Made by a program: the position numbers and the translations under genes. A stretch of DNA of 64,000 bases from Candidatus Norongarragalinales archaeon. Lineage in GTDB: Archaea > Micrarchaeota > Micrarchaeia > Norongarragalinales > Norongarragalinaceae. Numbering within the stretch: the first letter of the stretch is position 1; each line of letters starts with the position of its first letter. Shown here in pieces: positions 38,233-48,213 of this stretch. Where the stretch lies: NCBI GenBank assembly GCA_038884755.1, contig JAWABJ010000001.1, positions 416,001-480,000 on the forward strand, written 5' to 3'. A model generated the notes under the pieces. The model made no database searches. It was given only the letters and a program-made list of their open reading frames with translations, and was not told the DNA's origin.

Positions 38233-39159
38233 CTACCACGCCGGCTCCAGCCTAGTCTTCAAGCTCTTGAAGAAAACCGCGGCGTTTTCCTTCCTGCCGT
38301 CGATTTCCACTTCATCCAGTATTATTATCCCTTTTCCGGAGAGAATCCAGACTTCACCCTTGCCGTTTTTCAAAACCTTGTTTATTATTTGGCCTGGAGT
38401 TCCGCTGTAGTCGAGCCTGGGCCCGACGCGGCATTTTTTGATAACGATTTTCCTGCCTTCCGCGAAGCAGAACGCGCCAGGGTAGGGGTCGGAAACGCCT
38501 CGCACGAGGTTGTAAATCTCTTGCGCGGGTTTTCCCCAGCGTATCAAGCCGTCTTCGGGAGTACGCATGGCGTTGTAAGTCGCTTTTCGTTCGTCCTGCT
38601 TTTTGGGCTTTATTTTTCCGCTTAAGATGAGCGGCAGCTTTTGCTTGAACAGGCGCATTCCCGCCCGCTCGGCTTTTTCCTTCACGTCCGAAATGTAGTC
38701 GGACGGGAGTATGGCGAACGAAACTTGGCCGGGAAGCAATCCGGCGTCGATTTTCTCGGTTATGTAAAACAGGCTAGCGCCGGTTTTCTTCTCGCCTTTT
38801 ATCACCGCCCAGTTCAGGGGGGCGAAACCGCGGTTTCGCGGAAGCAGGGAAAAGTGCATTCCTATCGCACCTCCTTTCGGCGCCTGGAAAACGCGTTTGG
38901 GAATGTAATTGCGCCAGCCGAAAACGAAAATGAAGTCCGGCTTTGCCTTCAAAACCATGTCCACGTGCTCGTTCGAGAGGGTTTTGGTTTTTACTACGGT
39001 AATTCCCTTTTTTCGCGCGAAGTCTTCAACGCTAGCCTCCCACTTTTCGTGCTGGTCCGGGTCGAAAGTGAATACTAGCCTGACGTCCGATTTTTTGCAC
39101 AGCTCTTTCAACGCTTCTACCCCGAGCTTTTGCGAACCGAAGAAAACCACGCGCTTCAT
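38233..39159 (-). CDS. formyltransferase (Fmt/ArnA-like, probably a sugar N-formyltransferase)
   Basis: HFSLLPRNRGFAPLNWA, IDAG, R.PEDGLI.W, RG..PYPGAF. Confidence 0.85.
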   Translation of the reverse strand: MKRVVFFGSQKLGVEALKELCKKSDVRLVFTFDPDQHEKWEASVEDFARKKGITVVKTKTLSNEHVDMVLKAKPDFIFVFGWRNYIPKRVFQAPKGGAIGMHFSLLPRNRGFAPLNWAVIKGEKKTGASLFYITEKIDAGLLPGQVSFAILPSDYISDVKEKAERAGMRLFKQKLPLILSGKIKPKKQDERKATYNAMRTPEDGLIRWGKPAQEIYNLVRGVSDPYPGAFCFAEGRKIVIKKCRVGPRLDYSGTPGQIINKVLKNGKGEVWILSGKGIIILDEVEIDGRKENAAVFFKSLKTRLEPAW

Positions 39160-39166
39160 TTCAAAC

Positions 39167-40120
39167 TCACCAGTTCAAATTGTGCTTTTTCGAATACCAG
39201 GAAATGGTTTCGGCGATTCCTGTCTCGAAATCGTATTCCGGCTTGAAGCCAAGCAGCCTGCGGGCTTTCGAAATGTCGGCACAATGACGCATCACGTCGC
39301 CTGGCCGCACGCTTTCGTAAACGGGGGTTATCCTTTCTTTGCCAAGCGCAGTGCCAATGGCGCGCGCAATGTGGTTTACGCTCAACTCTTTGCCCGTCCC
39401 GATGTTTATCACGTCGTTCAGTGTTTTTTTCGACTCGCCTGCAAGCGCTATGCCGCGGGCGGTGTCTTTCACGAAACTAAAGTCTCGCGATTGCCTTCCG
39501 TTCCCGTAGATTACTGGAGGCATGTTTTTGGAATACCTTTCCAAAAACCGGAATATCACGGCGCAGTAGCTGTCGGTCCTGTGTCTCGGACCGTAAGAGT
39601 TGAACGGCCGTATTATCGTGTAGTTCAAGCCGTAGCAGTTGTGGAACGCTATCGTGTACTCTTCCCCGTTGAGCTTGGAAGCACTGTAAGTGGTATACGG
39701 ATGCGTGGGGTGCTTTTCGCTCATTCGCAGGGTCTGGGCGTTTCCGTACACTTCCGAGGAAGAAACGTAATTGAAGCGTTTTATATTGTGCTTGTGCGCT
39801 GAGTAGAGGACGTTGAGGGTCCCTCGGCTGTTGACGTCGTCCATCAGGAAAGGGTCTTCCAACCCTACGGTCAAAGCTTCTACCGCCAAGTGATATACGC
39901 AGTCCACGCCAGGCATCACCTTGTCGAGGACTGCCATGTCCCTTATATCCCCTTCGACGAGCTTCACTTTTCCGTAGGCAAAAGCGTCTTTCAAGTTCTC
40001 GCGCTTGCCGGAGCGAAGGTTGTCCAAAACTATTACGTCATTTCCTAGGGAAGCTAATTGTTCTACCACCCAGCTGCCTATGAAGCCCGCGCCGCCCGTG
40101 ACCAAAACTTTTCCGCTCAC
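39167..40120 (-). CDS. NDP-sugar epimerase/dehydratase
   Basis: TGGAGFIGS, SSSEVYG, YSASK, RPFNSYGP. Confidence 0.9.
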   Translation of the reverse strand: MSGKVLVTGGAGFIGSWVVEQLASLGNDVIVLDNLRSGKRENLKDAFAYGKVKLVEGDIRDMAVLDKVMPGVDCVYHLAVEALTVGLEDPFLMDDVNSRGTLNVLYSAHKHNIKRFNYVSSSEVYGNAQTLRMSEKHPTHPYTTYSASKLNGEEYTIAFHNCYGLNYTIIRPFNSYGPRHRTDSYCAVIFRFLERYSKNMPPVIYGNGRQSRDFSFVKDTARGIALAGESKKTLNDVINIGTGKELSVNHIARAIGTALGKERITPVYESVRPGDVMRHCADISKARRLLGFKPEYDFETGIAETISWYSKKHNLNW

Positions 40121-41247
40121 GAAACCACTTCCTTCAAACTTTTCACTACTTTGAAAACCTGTTCTTCATTCAAATCGTAAAACATCGGCAACGCGATTGA
40201 GTGCTCGAAAACGAAAAGCGAGTTGGGACAAGCGCCTTTAAGCGTCCGCACGCCGTAATCGGCGTAAACCGGCTGGATGTGACTCGCGTAAGTGCCAATC
40301 TGCGCTTGCACGCCCTTTGCGCGCAGTTTGGAAATGATTCTGTTGCGGTTGATATTTTCGTCGAGAAGGCAAACGTAGCTTTGGTAGACGTGGCGCACGC
40401 TTTTCGAAACCGCGGGCGGGGTTACGCCGTCCACGCCGGAAAGCTGTTCGCCGTAAAGCTTTGCAAGCGCGTTCTTGCGTTCTATCGCGCCTTCAATGCG
40501 CTTTAGCTGTTCTATCCCAATGGCAGAAGCTATGTCGCTCAGCTTGTAATTGAAGCCGAGCGCAGTGAAAACCGGAGGCTGGAATTCGCTTTCGAACTGC
40601 CTAGCGAAAGCCGAAGTCATGCCGAAGCACGACAGCGAGCGCACTTTACTCGCGAGCGTCTTGTCGTCGGTGGAAACCATTCCGCCTTCGCCGGTGGTTA
40701 CGTTCTTCCTGCCGTGAAAGGAATAGCAACCTAGTTCTGCAAAAGTCCCCGCGAACTTGCCGCGGTATTTCGCTCCTGCGGCGCACGCCGCGTCTTCAAC
40801 AACTTTCAACCCGTTTTTTTTCGCTATGTACATTATTTTATCCATTTCTGCGGGATAGCCGAACGCGTGGACCGGAAGGATTGCCTTGGTTTTTGGCGTA
40901 ATCAACCGTTCTATTTCAGCAGGGTCTATGTTGTAGGAATCCTTCTGCACGTCCGCAAAAACGGGCTTTGCGCCGCAGTAAAGGACGGCGTGGCCGGTTG
41001 CTGGAAAAGTATAGTCGGATACTATCACTTCGTCGCCTTTTCCTATTCCCAGCGCCAAGAGCGAAAGGTGCAGTGCGGCAGTGCAGTTGTTGACGGCAAC
41101 GCAGTTTTTAACCCCCAAGTAGGCGGAAAAGCTTTTTTCGAACTCTGCGCTGGCAGGACCTTGTCCCGCAACCCAGCCGGAATCCAGGGTTTTTTTCACG
41201 GCGTTGATTTCTTCCTTTCCGAAGAAAGGTTTCGTGAGAGGAATCAA
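40117..41247 (-). CDS. DegT/DnrJ-family sugar aminotransferase
   Basis: EDAACA.G, SFHGRK..TTGEGG. Confidence 0.92.
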   Translation of the reverse strand: MIPLTKPFFGKEEINAVKKTLDSGWVAGQGPASAEFEKSFSAYLGVKNCVAVNNCTAALHLSLLALGIGKGDEVIVSDYTFPATGHAVLYCGAKPVFADVQKDSYNIDPAEIERLITPKTKAILPVHAFGYPAEMDKIMYIAKKNGLKVVEDAACAAGAKYRGKFAGTFAELGCYSFHGRKNVTTGEGGMVSTDDKTLASKVRSLSCFGMTSAFARQFESEFQPPVFTALGFNYKLSDIASAIGIEQLKRIEGAIERKNALAKLYGEQLSGVDGVTPPAVSKSVRHVYQSYVCLLDENINRNRIISKLRAKGVQAQIGTYASHIQPVYADYGVRTLKGACPNSLFVFEHSIALPMFYDLNEEQVFKVVKSLKEVVS

Positions 41248-41275
41248 AGAACCACCTTAATTCAACCAAAAATAT

Positions 41276-42421
41276 TCAACGCAAATACCCGCTATAAATG
41301 CGAGCTTCGCGGGCTTCCATTTTCGAACCTTCGATTTCCTTGAATTTCTTGAGCCCTTTGGCTTTCAAGCGCGAGTACAACTTTCCGTCTTCAAGCAGGC
41401 GCTGGATGGCCGAGGCAAACGCCTGCGGAGTGTTGTCCACTATCAACCCTACTTCGCCGGAAATCTCGCGTTCGGGGTCGTAAGGGGCTTTAGAAACCAC
41501 GACAGGCAAGCCGGCGGCCATCGCCTCGATTATGGGTATGGAAATCCCGCCGTATTCGAGCGACTGGGCGAAAATCTTGCACGACTTGTAATAACCGGGC
41601 AGCTTGCTGTTCGCAACCGAAGGAAGGAAAGTGACTTTATCGGAAACGCCGAGGCTTTCCGTAAGGGAAACCAAGCGCTTTTTCAGGGGACCGTCCCCCA
41701 CGAGCACCAGCCTCGCGTCCACCCTTTTTTGAGAAAGGATTTTCAAAGCTCTTATCAAAGGTTCTGGGTTTTTTTCGGCAATTAGTCTTCCTACGGAAAT
41801 TATTCCGGGCTCTTTGAGCTTTAGTGCCGGTTTTGCTTTTGAAAAGTTTTTTGCGTAAACTTTGTTGTAAATCACAGTAATGTTTTTCCCGCCGTGCTTG
41901 CGCGCGTAAGGGACGGAAAAATCGTAGACGCAGATTATTTCGTCGGCAGAGGAAACGGCGCGCCTTTCGGCAAGCAAGCCAAGGAAAGCCGACTTGAGCC
42001 AATTCTTGTAATCCCCCCGGTCCCACGCTAACCTGCGCAAATCCATTTCAGGGTTTATGTGCAGCGACAGGACGAAGGGGACGGAAAGCTTTCTCGCGCA
42101 GTACGAAGCGAGAAAGCCGTGCACCGACGGCGTGTAAGCGCGGATGACGTCCGGGGAAATGCTTTTCACTTTTTCCAAAACGAGTTTGCGCTTGGTCCAC
42201 AAAGACCACGGCTTGAGCTTGCCCAGCGGATGAATGAATATTCTCGCGTTTCCCACAATCGCCTTGACTTTTTCCGGCTCAACGTCCTTTTCGCAGAAGG
42301 TTATGAAATGCACTTCGCCGAAAACGTTCTTCGGGTTGTAATAACGCGCTTTCACCTCACCCTTTTCGTAAAGCGCCTTGAGCGAATCTCCCGGAAAAAC
42401 GCACAACTTGAATTTTTTCAA
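41276..42421 (-). CDS. glycosyltransferase family 4
   Basis: VGRL..EK, VGDGP, IEAMAAGLPVV. Confidence 0.88.
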   Translation of the reverse strand: MKKFKLCVFPGDSLKALYEKGEVKARYYNPKNVFGEVHFITFCEKDVEPEKVKAIVGNARIFIHPLGKLKPWSLWTKRKLVLEKVKSISPDVIRAYTPSVHGFLASYCARKLSVPFVLSLHINPEMDLRRLAWDRGDYKNWLKSAFLGLLAERRAVSSADEIICVYDFSVPYARKHGGKNITVIYNKVYAKNFSKAKPALKLKEPGIISVGRLIAEKNPEPLIRALKILSQKRVDARLVLVGDGPLKKRLVSLTESLGVSDKVTFLPSVANSKLPGYYKSCKIFAQSLEYGGISIPIIEAMAAGLPVVVSKAPYDPEREISGEVGLIVDNTPQAFASAIQRLLEDGKLYSRLKAKGLKKFKEIEGSKMEAREARIYSGYLR

Positions 42422-42446
42422 ACCTCATCACACCCAGAGTTTTTTT

Positions 42447-43430
42447 TCAAATGCGTTCGGTCTTGCCGCTGCGCATTGCCTCGAAAGCTTTCTCTATCAC
42501 GCGCACTGCGTCTGCGCCTACCGCGCCGCTTGCGAGCGGCTCGGCCCGCGTTTTTATGCATTGCAAAAAGTTTTTCAGCTCTTCTTTCAGCGGCTCTTTC
42601 TTTTCGAAGGAAACGGCAGAAACACTTCCCGTTTCAGCGTTTAAAACGCCGTTTTCCTCGTAAAACCGCGAGTTGAAAACCTGCACGGAAGAAAGCTCGA
42701 GGAAATCTATCCTCACGGTTTTTTCCGTTCCAACCGCGATAAACTCGCGGGTTTTTCCGTACGCAGGCTGCAGCCAGCTTTCTTGCGCAAAGCACTTTAT
42801 CCCGCTAGGGAATTCCAAAGCAAGAGTGCAATGGTCTTCAATGCCTTTCCTGAAGAATTCCGTTGCTTTTACTGTTATTTTCGAAGGCTTTTCGCCGGAA
42901 AGGAAGGAAAACAAGTCCACGTCGTGTATTGCCAACGCAAGCAGCACGCCCATGTCCTGCCTCGGTGCGCGGAAATCAAAGCGATTGGCTTGCATCATTA
43001 CTACCTTTCCCAATTCCTTGTTCTCGAGCATTTTTTTCAAGTGCAGTATGCCTGGGTGAAACCGAAATTCGTGTCCCACCATCAAAACGCGCTTTTGTTC
43101 CTTCGCTTGCTTCACTAACGCAGAGCTTTCTTCGAACGTCATTGCAAGGGGCTTTTCGACAAGCACGTCTTTCCCGGCGTCCATCAGCTCGCGCGCAAGG
43201 GCGTAATGCGTGGAGGAAGGCGTTGCTATGACCGCCCCATCGAAATCGCCGCTTTTGACTTCCTCCAAGCTTGCAGTGGCGCATCCGAATTCCGCCGCAA
43301 CTGCTTCCGCGCGTTCCCTGGAAGAGTCGCAGACCGCAACCGCGTCCACCAGCCCTTCTTTTTTCAGCACGCCCAGCGTTTTCGCGTGGTTTTTTCCCCA
43401 AGCGCCCACGCCAACTACCGCAATTTTCAT
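42447..43430 (-). CDS. Gfo/Idh/MocA oxidoreductase (WbpB-like 3-dehydrogenase)
   Basis: G.G.WG.NH, VEKPLA, VGH..RF.P, IHDVD. Confidence 0.88.
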   Translation of the reverse strand: MKIAVVGVGAWGKNHAKTLGVLKKEGLVDAVAVCDSSRERAEAVAAEFGCATASLEEVKSGDFDGAVIATPSSTHYALARELMDAGKDVLVEKPLAMTFEESSALVKQAKEQKRVLMVGHEFRFHPGILHLKKMLENKELGKVVMMQANRFDFRAPRQDMGVLLALAIHDVDLFSFLSGEKPSKITVKATEFFRKGIEDHCTLALEFPSGIKCFAQESWLQPAYGKTREFIAVGTEKTVRIDFLELSSVQVFNSRFYEENGVLNAETGSVSAVSFEKKEPLKEELKNFLQCIKTRAEPLASGAVGADAVRVIEKAFEAMRSGKTERI

Positions 43431-43454
43431 TTCAAAACACCCTTTTTTTCTTTT

Positions 43455-44543
43455 TCAAGCGAGCGCGTTTATTTTTTCGCTCACGAAACGGACTTCGTCT
43501 TCAGTGAGAAGCGGGGACATGGGGATGGAAAGGATTTCCTTCGCAATTTTTTCAGTCACCGGCAGGCTTTCCGAGTAAAATTCCTTCATCGCGGGCTGCA
43601 GGTGGATGGGAATCGGATAATGCACGCCTGTGTCTATCCCTTGAGACTTCAAGTCTCTCGCAAGCTTCTCGCGGTTTTTAACTCGAATTACGAACATGTG
43701 GAAAACGTGCTTCGAGTCTTGCGATTCGAAGGGAAGTGTCGCCTTGCCCGGGTTGATGAGCTGCTTGTAGAGGGCGGCGTGCTTCCGCCTCTTTTGCGTC
43801 CATTCCGGCAAGTGTTTCAATTGCACGCGCCCCAAAGCAGCGTGCAATTCGCTGAGCCTGAAGTTCATTCCCACCATTTCGTGCGTGTACTTGTCTTTCC
43901 TGCCTTGGTCGCGGAACATCGCCATTTTTTCCGCAAGCTCTGCGTCGTTGGTCGTAATCATTCCCCCGTCTCCGCATACAGTCATGTTTTTGCTGGGAAA
44001 AAAGCTGAAGCAAGCTATTCGCCCCAAGCTTCCCACGCGCTTTCCTTTGTATTCCGAATCGTGCGCCTGGCACGCGTCTTCTATCACGGCAATCCCGCGC
44101 TTTTCAGCTATTTCCGTTATCTCGTCCATGTCTGCAGGCTGGCCGTACAAGTGCACGGGGACTATCGCCTTGGTTTTTTTCGTGATTTTCTTTTCAATCG
44201 CTTTCGCGTCGATGTTGAAAGTTTTTTCGTCGATTTCTACGAAAACGGGCTTTGCACCCAGCAAAACCGCGGGGTTTACAGTCGCGATGAAAGAGTGTGA
44301 AGGCGCGATTATTTCGTCTCCCTGCCCAACCCCCAGCGCCCAGAAAGCGGTGTAGAGGGCGGTCGTTCCCGAACTCACGCCAACGCCGTGCTTCGCGCCG
44401 CAAAACGCGGCAAAATCCTTTTCCAGCGCGTCCAAATTCCCGCCTTTGATGAACTTGTGGCTGTTCAACACGTCTATCGCAATCTTCCGCATTTCTTCGT
44501 CGACGAACATCCTACTCAACGGAATACCCATTTTCAAATCCAC
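43455..44543 (-). CDS. DegT-family aminotransferase (WbpE-like)
   Basis: PVHLYGQ, EDACQAH, SFFPSKN, HYP.P.H.QP. Confidence 0.92.
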   Translation of the reverse strand: MDLKMGIPLSRMFVDEEMRKIAIDVLNSHKFIKGGNLDALEKDFAAFCGAKHGVGVSSGTTALYTAFWALGVGQGDEIIAPSHSFIATVNPAVLLGAKPVFVEIDEKTFNIDAKAIEKKITKKTKAIVPVHLYGQPADMDEITEIAEKRGIAVIEDACQAHDSEYKGKRVGSLGRIACFSFFPSKNMTVCGDGGMITTNDAELAEKMAMFRDQGRKDKYTHEMVGMNFRLSELHAALGRVQLKHLPEWTQKRRKHAALYKQLINPGKATLPFESQDSKHVFHMFVIRVKNREKLARDLKSQGIDTGVHYPIPIHLQPAMKEFYSESLPVTEKIAKEILSIPMSPLLTEDEVRFVSEKINALA

Positions 44544-44544
44544 C

Positions 44545-45120
44545 TCAAAGTTTTTTGATAAAGCCGTACAAAGGCTTGTTGTATCTTCTTCCTGAATAAC
44601 CCAATTCGCCCAAGTTCAGATATCCAGTTTTCAAGAGTATCCTCTGCGCGTCGCCTTCCTCGTCGGGCGCGCGCGCCGCCTCGAACTTGAAGGAATACCC
44701 GAGTTTTTTCGCGTCACGCTCGTGGGCCGCGTAAAGCTCTCGCCCTATGCCCTTTCCCCTGTATTCTTCCAAAACGAACGAATTGCCGCTGTCCGCAATC
44801 TCGCGCGCAAGCTCTTTGTCGCTCTTTCCCTTCAATTCTTCAACCCAGCGCCTGGCCGCGTCCATCCTTTTCTTGAACCGTTCGTCAATCTTTTCTTTAG
44901 GCATCTTGTCCACGCGCCTTGAAACGTAGAACGCGACGGGCTTTTCCTCTCCGGCATCTGTTTCCTTGCAGTAAGCGAGGGTGGCGAAAGCTTCGTGCGA
45001 AGCAATTTCGCCTTCAAACTCGCTTATCCTCTCGTCGTCGAACCCCGCGGCTTTAGCCAGCGTTTCGAAATCACTCTTGGCTTTTTCGTCGGAAGCTTCA
45101 AGCAAAACGGTCCTAATCAC
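44545..45120 (-). CDS. GNAT-family acetyltransferase
   Basis: V.EEYRGKGIGRELY acetyl-CoA motif; GTG start behind a GGTG SD. Confidence 0.75.
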   Translation of the reverse strand: MIRTVLLEASDEKAKSDFETLAKAAGFDDERISEFEGEIASHEAFATLAYCKETDAGEEKPVAFYVSRRVDKMPKEKIDERFKKRMDAARRWVEELKGKSDKELAREIADSGNSFVLEEYRGKGIGRELYAAHERDAKKLGYSFKFEAARAPDEEGDAQRILLKTGYLNLGELGYSGRRYNKPLYGFIKKL

Positions 45121-45143
45121 ACAAAACACCACGCGCGCGGATT

Positions 45144-46019
45144 TTACCGTATTTTCTTCAAAAACTCTCTCAACTGCGGCGCGAGCTCTGGCCTCTCGAG
45201 CGCCAGGAGTATGTTGGACTCCAGCCAGCCGAGCTTGTCTCCGCCGTCGTAACGCACGCCTTCGAAAAGCGTGCCGTAAACGCTTTGCTTTTGCAAAAGC
45301 GCTTGAATGCCGTCCGCAAGCTGTATTTCCCCGTTTTTTCCGGGCGGGCATTCTTCGAGAATGCTCATGAGTTCGGGAGTGAAAACATACCGCCCGAAGG
45401 TCGCGAAGCGCGAAGGTGCTTGCGAAACCGAAGGCTTTTCCACTATCCTCCGGATTTTGTACACGTCTTCGAAAGGAACGGCGTCGATTATCCCGTAGCG
45501 CGAAACGCTTTCTTTTTCTATCTCTTGTACGGAAAGCATGCTCGCGCCGTGGCGCTCGAATTTTTCCATTATTTGCCGCATAACGGGTTTTTTGTGGGAA
45601 GAGAAAACGTCGTCGGCGAGCATTACCGCGAAAGGCTCTCCGTCAACGTGGTCGGCCGCGCACGCAATCGCGTGCCCCAAACCCAGCGGTTCTTTCTGCC
45701 GCACGTAGTAAATGTTGGCGTTCGACGTAAGCTCGTCAAGCTCGTCCAAAAGCTTTTTCTCGCCCTCGCGGATGGACTTGCTTTTCACGTAGTGCTCGAG
45801 CTCGAAAGACTTGTCGAAATGGTCTTCAATCGCCCTCTTCGCCCTTCCCGTCACTATAATGATGTCCTTCAGGCCGGATGCGACGGCTTCTTCGACGACG
45901 TACTGGATTACGGGCTTGTCCAAAAACGGGAGCATTTCCTTGGGCTGGGCTTTGGTGAGGGGCAAGAACCTAGTGCCGAGTCCTGCAGCAGGCAAAACTG
46001 CTTTCTTCACTTTATCCAT
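45144..46019 (-). CDS. galU: UTP--glucose-1-phosphate uridylyltransferase
   Basis: PAAGLGTRFLP.TKAQPKEMLP, IEDHFD, VEKP, GEIQL.D. Confidence 0.95.
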   Translation of the reverse strand: MDKVKKAVLPAAGLGTRFLPLTKAQPKEMLPFLDKPVIQYVVEEAVASGLKDIIIVTGRAKRAIEDHFDKSFELEHYVKSKSIREGEKKLLDELDELTSNANIYYVRQKEPLGLGHAIACAADHVDGEPFAVMLADDVFSSHKKPVMRQIMEKFERHGASMLSVQEIEKESVSRYGIIDAVPFEDVYKIRRIVEKPSVSQAPSRFATFGRYVFTPELMSILEECPPGKNGEIQLADGIQALLQKQSVYGTLFEGVRYDGGDKLGWLESNILLALERPELAPQLREFLKKIR

Positions 46020-46033
46020 CGCAAACACCTTTT

Positions 46034-47329
46034 TTACCAGCAAATTCCTTCGTAATTTTTCGAGGATTTTTCTTCGAAAATCCTGCGTCCGGCGTACACG
46101 CGCTTGTTGCCGTACAACGCTTTTTTCTTGAACTCGTCCCAGGCGGTAAGCACGAAAACGAAATCGCTTTTTTCCACGGCTTCCCTCGCGTTTTCGGCGT
46201 ACTCTATACTGCTCCCGAAAATTTTTTTCGCGTTTTCCATTGCCTTGGGGTCGAAAGCGATGACGCGGGCGCCTTCATTCAGCAACGCGTTGACGGCGGG
46301 AACCGCCCTGCTTTCGCGCATGTCGTCCGTATTCTGCTTGAAAGCCAAGCCCAGCACGCCGACTTTCTTTCCTTTCAGCCCACCTTCCTTTTCCTTCGCC
46401 ATTTCCACCAGCAGCAGCGGCTGCCTTTCGTTCACTTCGAGCGTTTTTTCCAAGAGCGCGGGGCTTACGTTTTCCTCCTTGAACTTCGCCACGAGCGCCT
46501 TCACGTCTTTCGGGAAGCAGCTTCCGCCGAAGCCCACGCCCGACTCGAGAAATTTCCCGCCGATTCTCGAGTCAAGCCCCATTCCCGCGGCAACTTCGTA
46601 AGAGTCTATGCCCAGTTTTTTGCACAAGTTGCCAAGCTCGTTCACGAACGAGATTTTCGTGGCGAGAAACGCGTTGGAAGCGTATTTTATCATTTCGGCA
46701 GTCTTCAAGTCGGTCTTGATCTTGGGGCATTCGGCAAAAGCGAAGGCGTTCGACAAGGTTGAATAATCCTCGTCGCTTTCCACGCCGAAAACCAGTCGGT
46801 CGGGGTGGAAAAAGTCTTCAACCCCAAGCCCTTCCCTCAAAAACTCGGGGCTCATGGCAATCCCGAAATCCTCACCTGCCTTAAGCCCGGTTTCCTTTTC
46901 CAGGAAATCCTTTACTTTTTCAGTGCTTCCGGGCACAACCGTGCTTTTCACTGTTATCAAAACGCGTTTTTCTTTTCTTTCCTTCAGCCCTTGGGCCAGC
47001 AGTTTCGAAGCGGAAAAAACTTGAGTCAAATCCACGGACCCGTCCAGAGCGCTGGGCGTGCCTACGCACACGAAAACAACGTCGAAATCGCGCAGCTTGG
47101 CAGGCGTTAGAGAAACGCTTTCGGCGAAAAAAGTTTTCCCGACTGTTTTCGAAAGCAAAGGCTCCAGACCCTTCTCGAAAATTGGAGTTTTGCCTTGGTT
47201 TATGAGCGAGATTTTCCTTTCGTCGTTGTCCCAACACGTTACTTTAAACCCTTTTGAAGCGAGACATACGCCAGTAATCAAACCAACGTACCCTGCGCCT
47301 ATCACTCCGATGTTTAGTCCAGTTTTCAT
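46034..47329 (-). CDS. ugd: UDP-glucose/GDP-mannose 6-dehydrogenase
   Basis: GAGYVG, KSTV, PEFLREG, GFGGSCFPKD. Confidence 0.9.
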   Translation of the reverse strand: MKTGLNIGVIGAGYVGLITGVCLASKGFKVTCWDNDERKISLINQGKTPIFEKGLEPLLSKTVGKTFFAESVSLTPAKLRDFDVVFVCVGTPSALDGSVDLTQVFSASKLLAQGLKERKEKRVLITVKSTVVPGSTEKVKDFLEKETGLKAGEDFGIAMSPEFLREGLGVEDFFHPDRLVFGVESDEDYSTLSNAFAFAECPKIKTDLKTAEMIKYASNAFLATKISFVNELGNLCKKLGIDSYEVAAGMGLDSRIGGKFLESGVGFGGSCFPKDVKALVAKFKEENVSPALLEKTLEVNERQPLLLVEMAKEKEGGLKGKKVGVLGLAFKQNTDDMRESRAVPAVNALLNEGARVIAFDPKAMENAKKIFGSSIEYAENAREAVEKSDFVFVLTAWDEFKKKALYGNKRVYAGRRIFEEKSSKNYEGICW

Positions 47330-48213
47330 TTCAAACCGCCCGTAAATTCTGCAACCGCAGAGTTGGTCGCAATCCACGCGTCTTTCCCCTTGAGAAATTC
47401 CAAACTCCGCGCAAAATCCTTGTTTCCTACGACGTCTCTCGGGTCGAAGTAGTAGTTAGCGTGAATGCCTTTCCTGAAAGCAATGTTGAAGCTTTGTTCG
47501 AACAAGTTGAAAAACTCGCCTTTTTCCACGTGGGCTGGAGGAACGGTGCGGAAGCAGTGGAACGAATCGAAAACAGAGTAAAAGTGCTTTGGGCAAGTCA
47601 TCACAGGTAGTTCGATTATTTTGAAAGCGCTTTCGCCGTAAGCGGGCTTCAGGAAATTCTTTCTCGAAGGGCTGAAGGGCAGGCCTTTGTTCTTGGTTTT
47701 CGTGAGCACAGTCGAGGAAGAGTAGAGGTAGCCGCGCTTTTCCAGGATTTCGTAAGCCCCTCGCACGTTCAAATCGCCGAAGTGCGGAGCGCGGAAGCCC
47801 ACCGGCGCAACGCCCAAAAACTTTCTGCTGGTTTTTTCGAACTCCGCGATTTCAAACTCCTGCTTTTGCGCGGGAAGGGCGTTGAAAAACTCGCGGGGAT
47901 TCAAAACGTCATGGTTGGGGTGCGAGTAAGTGTGGTTGACTATCTCGTGCTCTTCGTCCGCCAGCAGCGCGTGCTCTCGCGGGAACTGCTCGACGAGCTT
48001 GCCTATGCAAGCGAAAGAGCCTTTGATTGAAAACGAGTCAAGCAGCTCTGCAGTTTCGCGCAACGCCTTCGCGTCTTTCGCATACTCGACGTCGAAGGTT
48101 ATGGAAACCGCGCATTTGCGGCCGGCCCAAGAAACGCCGCGGCTGCCCAAGAAAAATTTTTCGTACAACAGCGGGCTCGCCATTTCAACAGCCTTGCGAA
48201 AAAACCTTTTCAT
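47326..48213 (-). CDS. polysaccharide deacetylase family protein
   Basis: TFDVE, HEI.NHTYSH, GFRAP. Confidence 0.85.
   Translation of the reverse strand: MKRFFRKAVEMASPLLYEKFFLGSRGVSWAGRKCAVSITFDVEYAKDAKALRETAELLDSFSIKGSFACIGKLVEQFPREHALLADEEHEIVNHTYSHPNHDVLNPREFFNALPAQKQEFEIAEFEKTSRKFLGVAPVGFRAPHFGDLNVRGAYEILEKRGYLYSSSTVLTKTKNKGLPFSPSRKNFLKPAYGESAFKIIELPVMTCPKHFYSVFDSFHCFRTVPPAHVEKGEFFNLFEQSFNIAFRKGIHANYYFDPRDVVGNKDFARSLEFLKGKDAWIATNSAVAEFTGGLK

Noticed and set aside
38233..39159. Methionyl-tRNA formyltransferase
   Set aside because: Archaeal host and sugar-operon context favour a sugar formyltransferase
43206..44300. 364-aa + strand ORF (and similar long antisense ORFs, e.g. 21440..22390, 38909..39802)
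   Set aside because: Shadows of well-supported minus-strand genes
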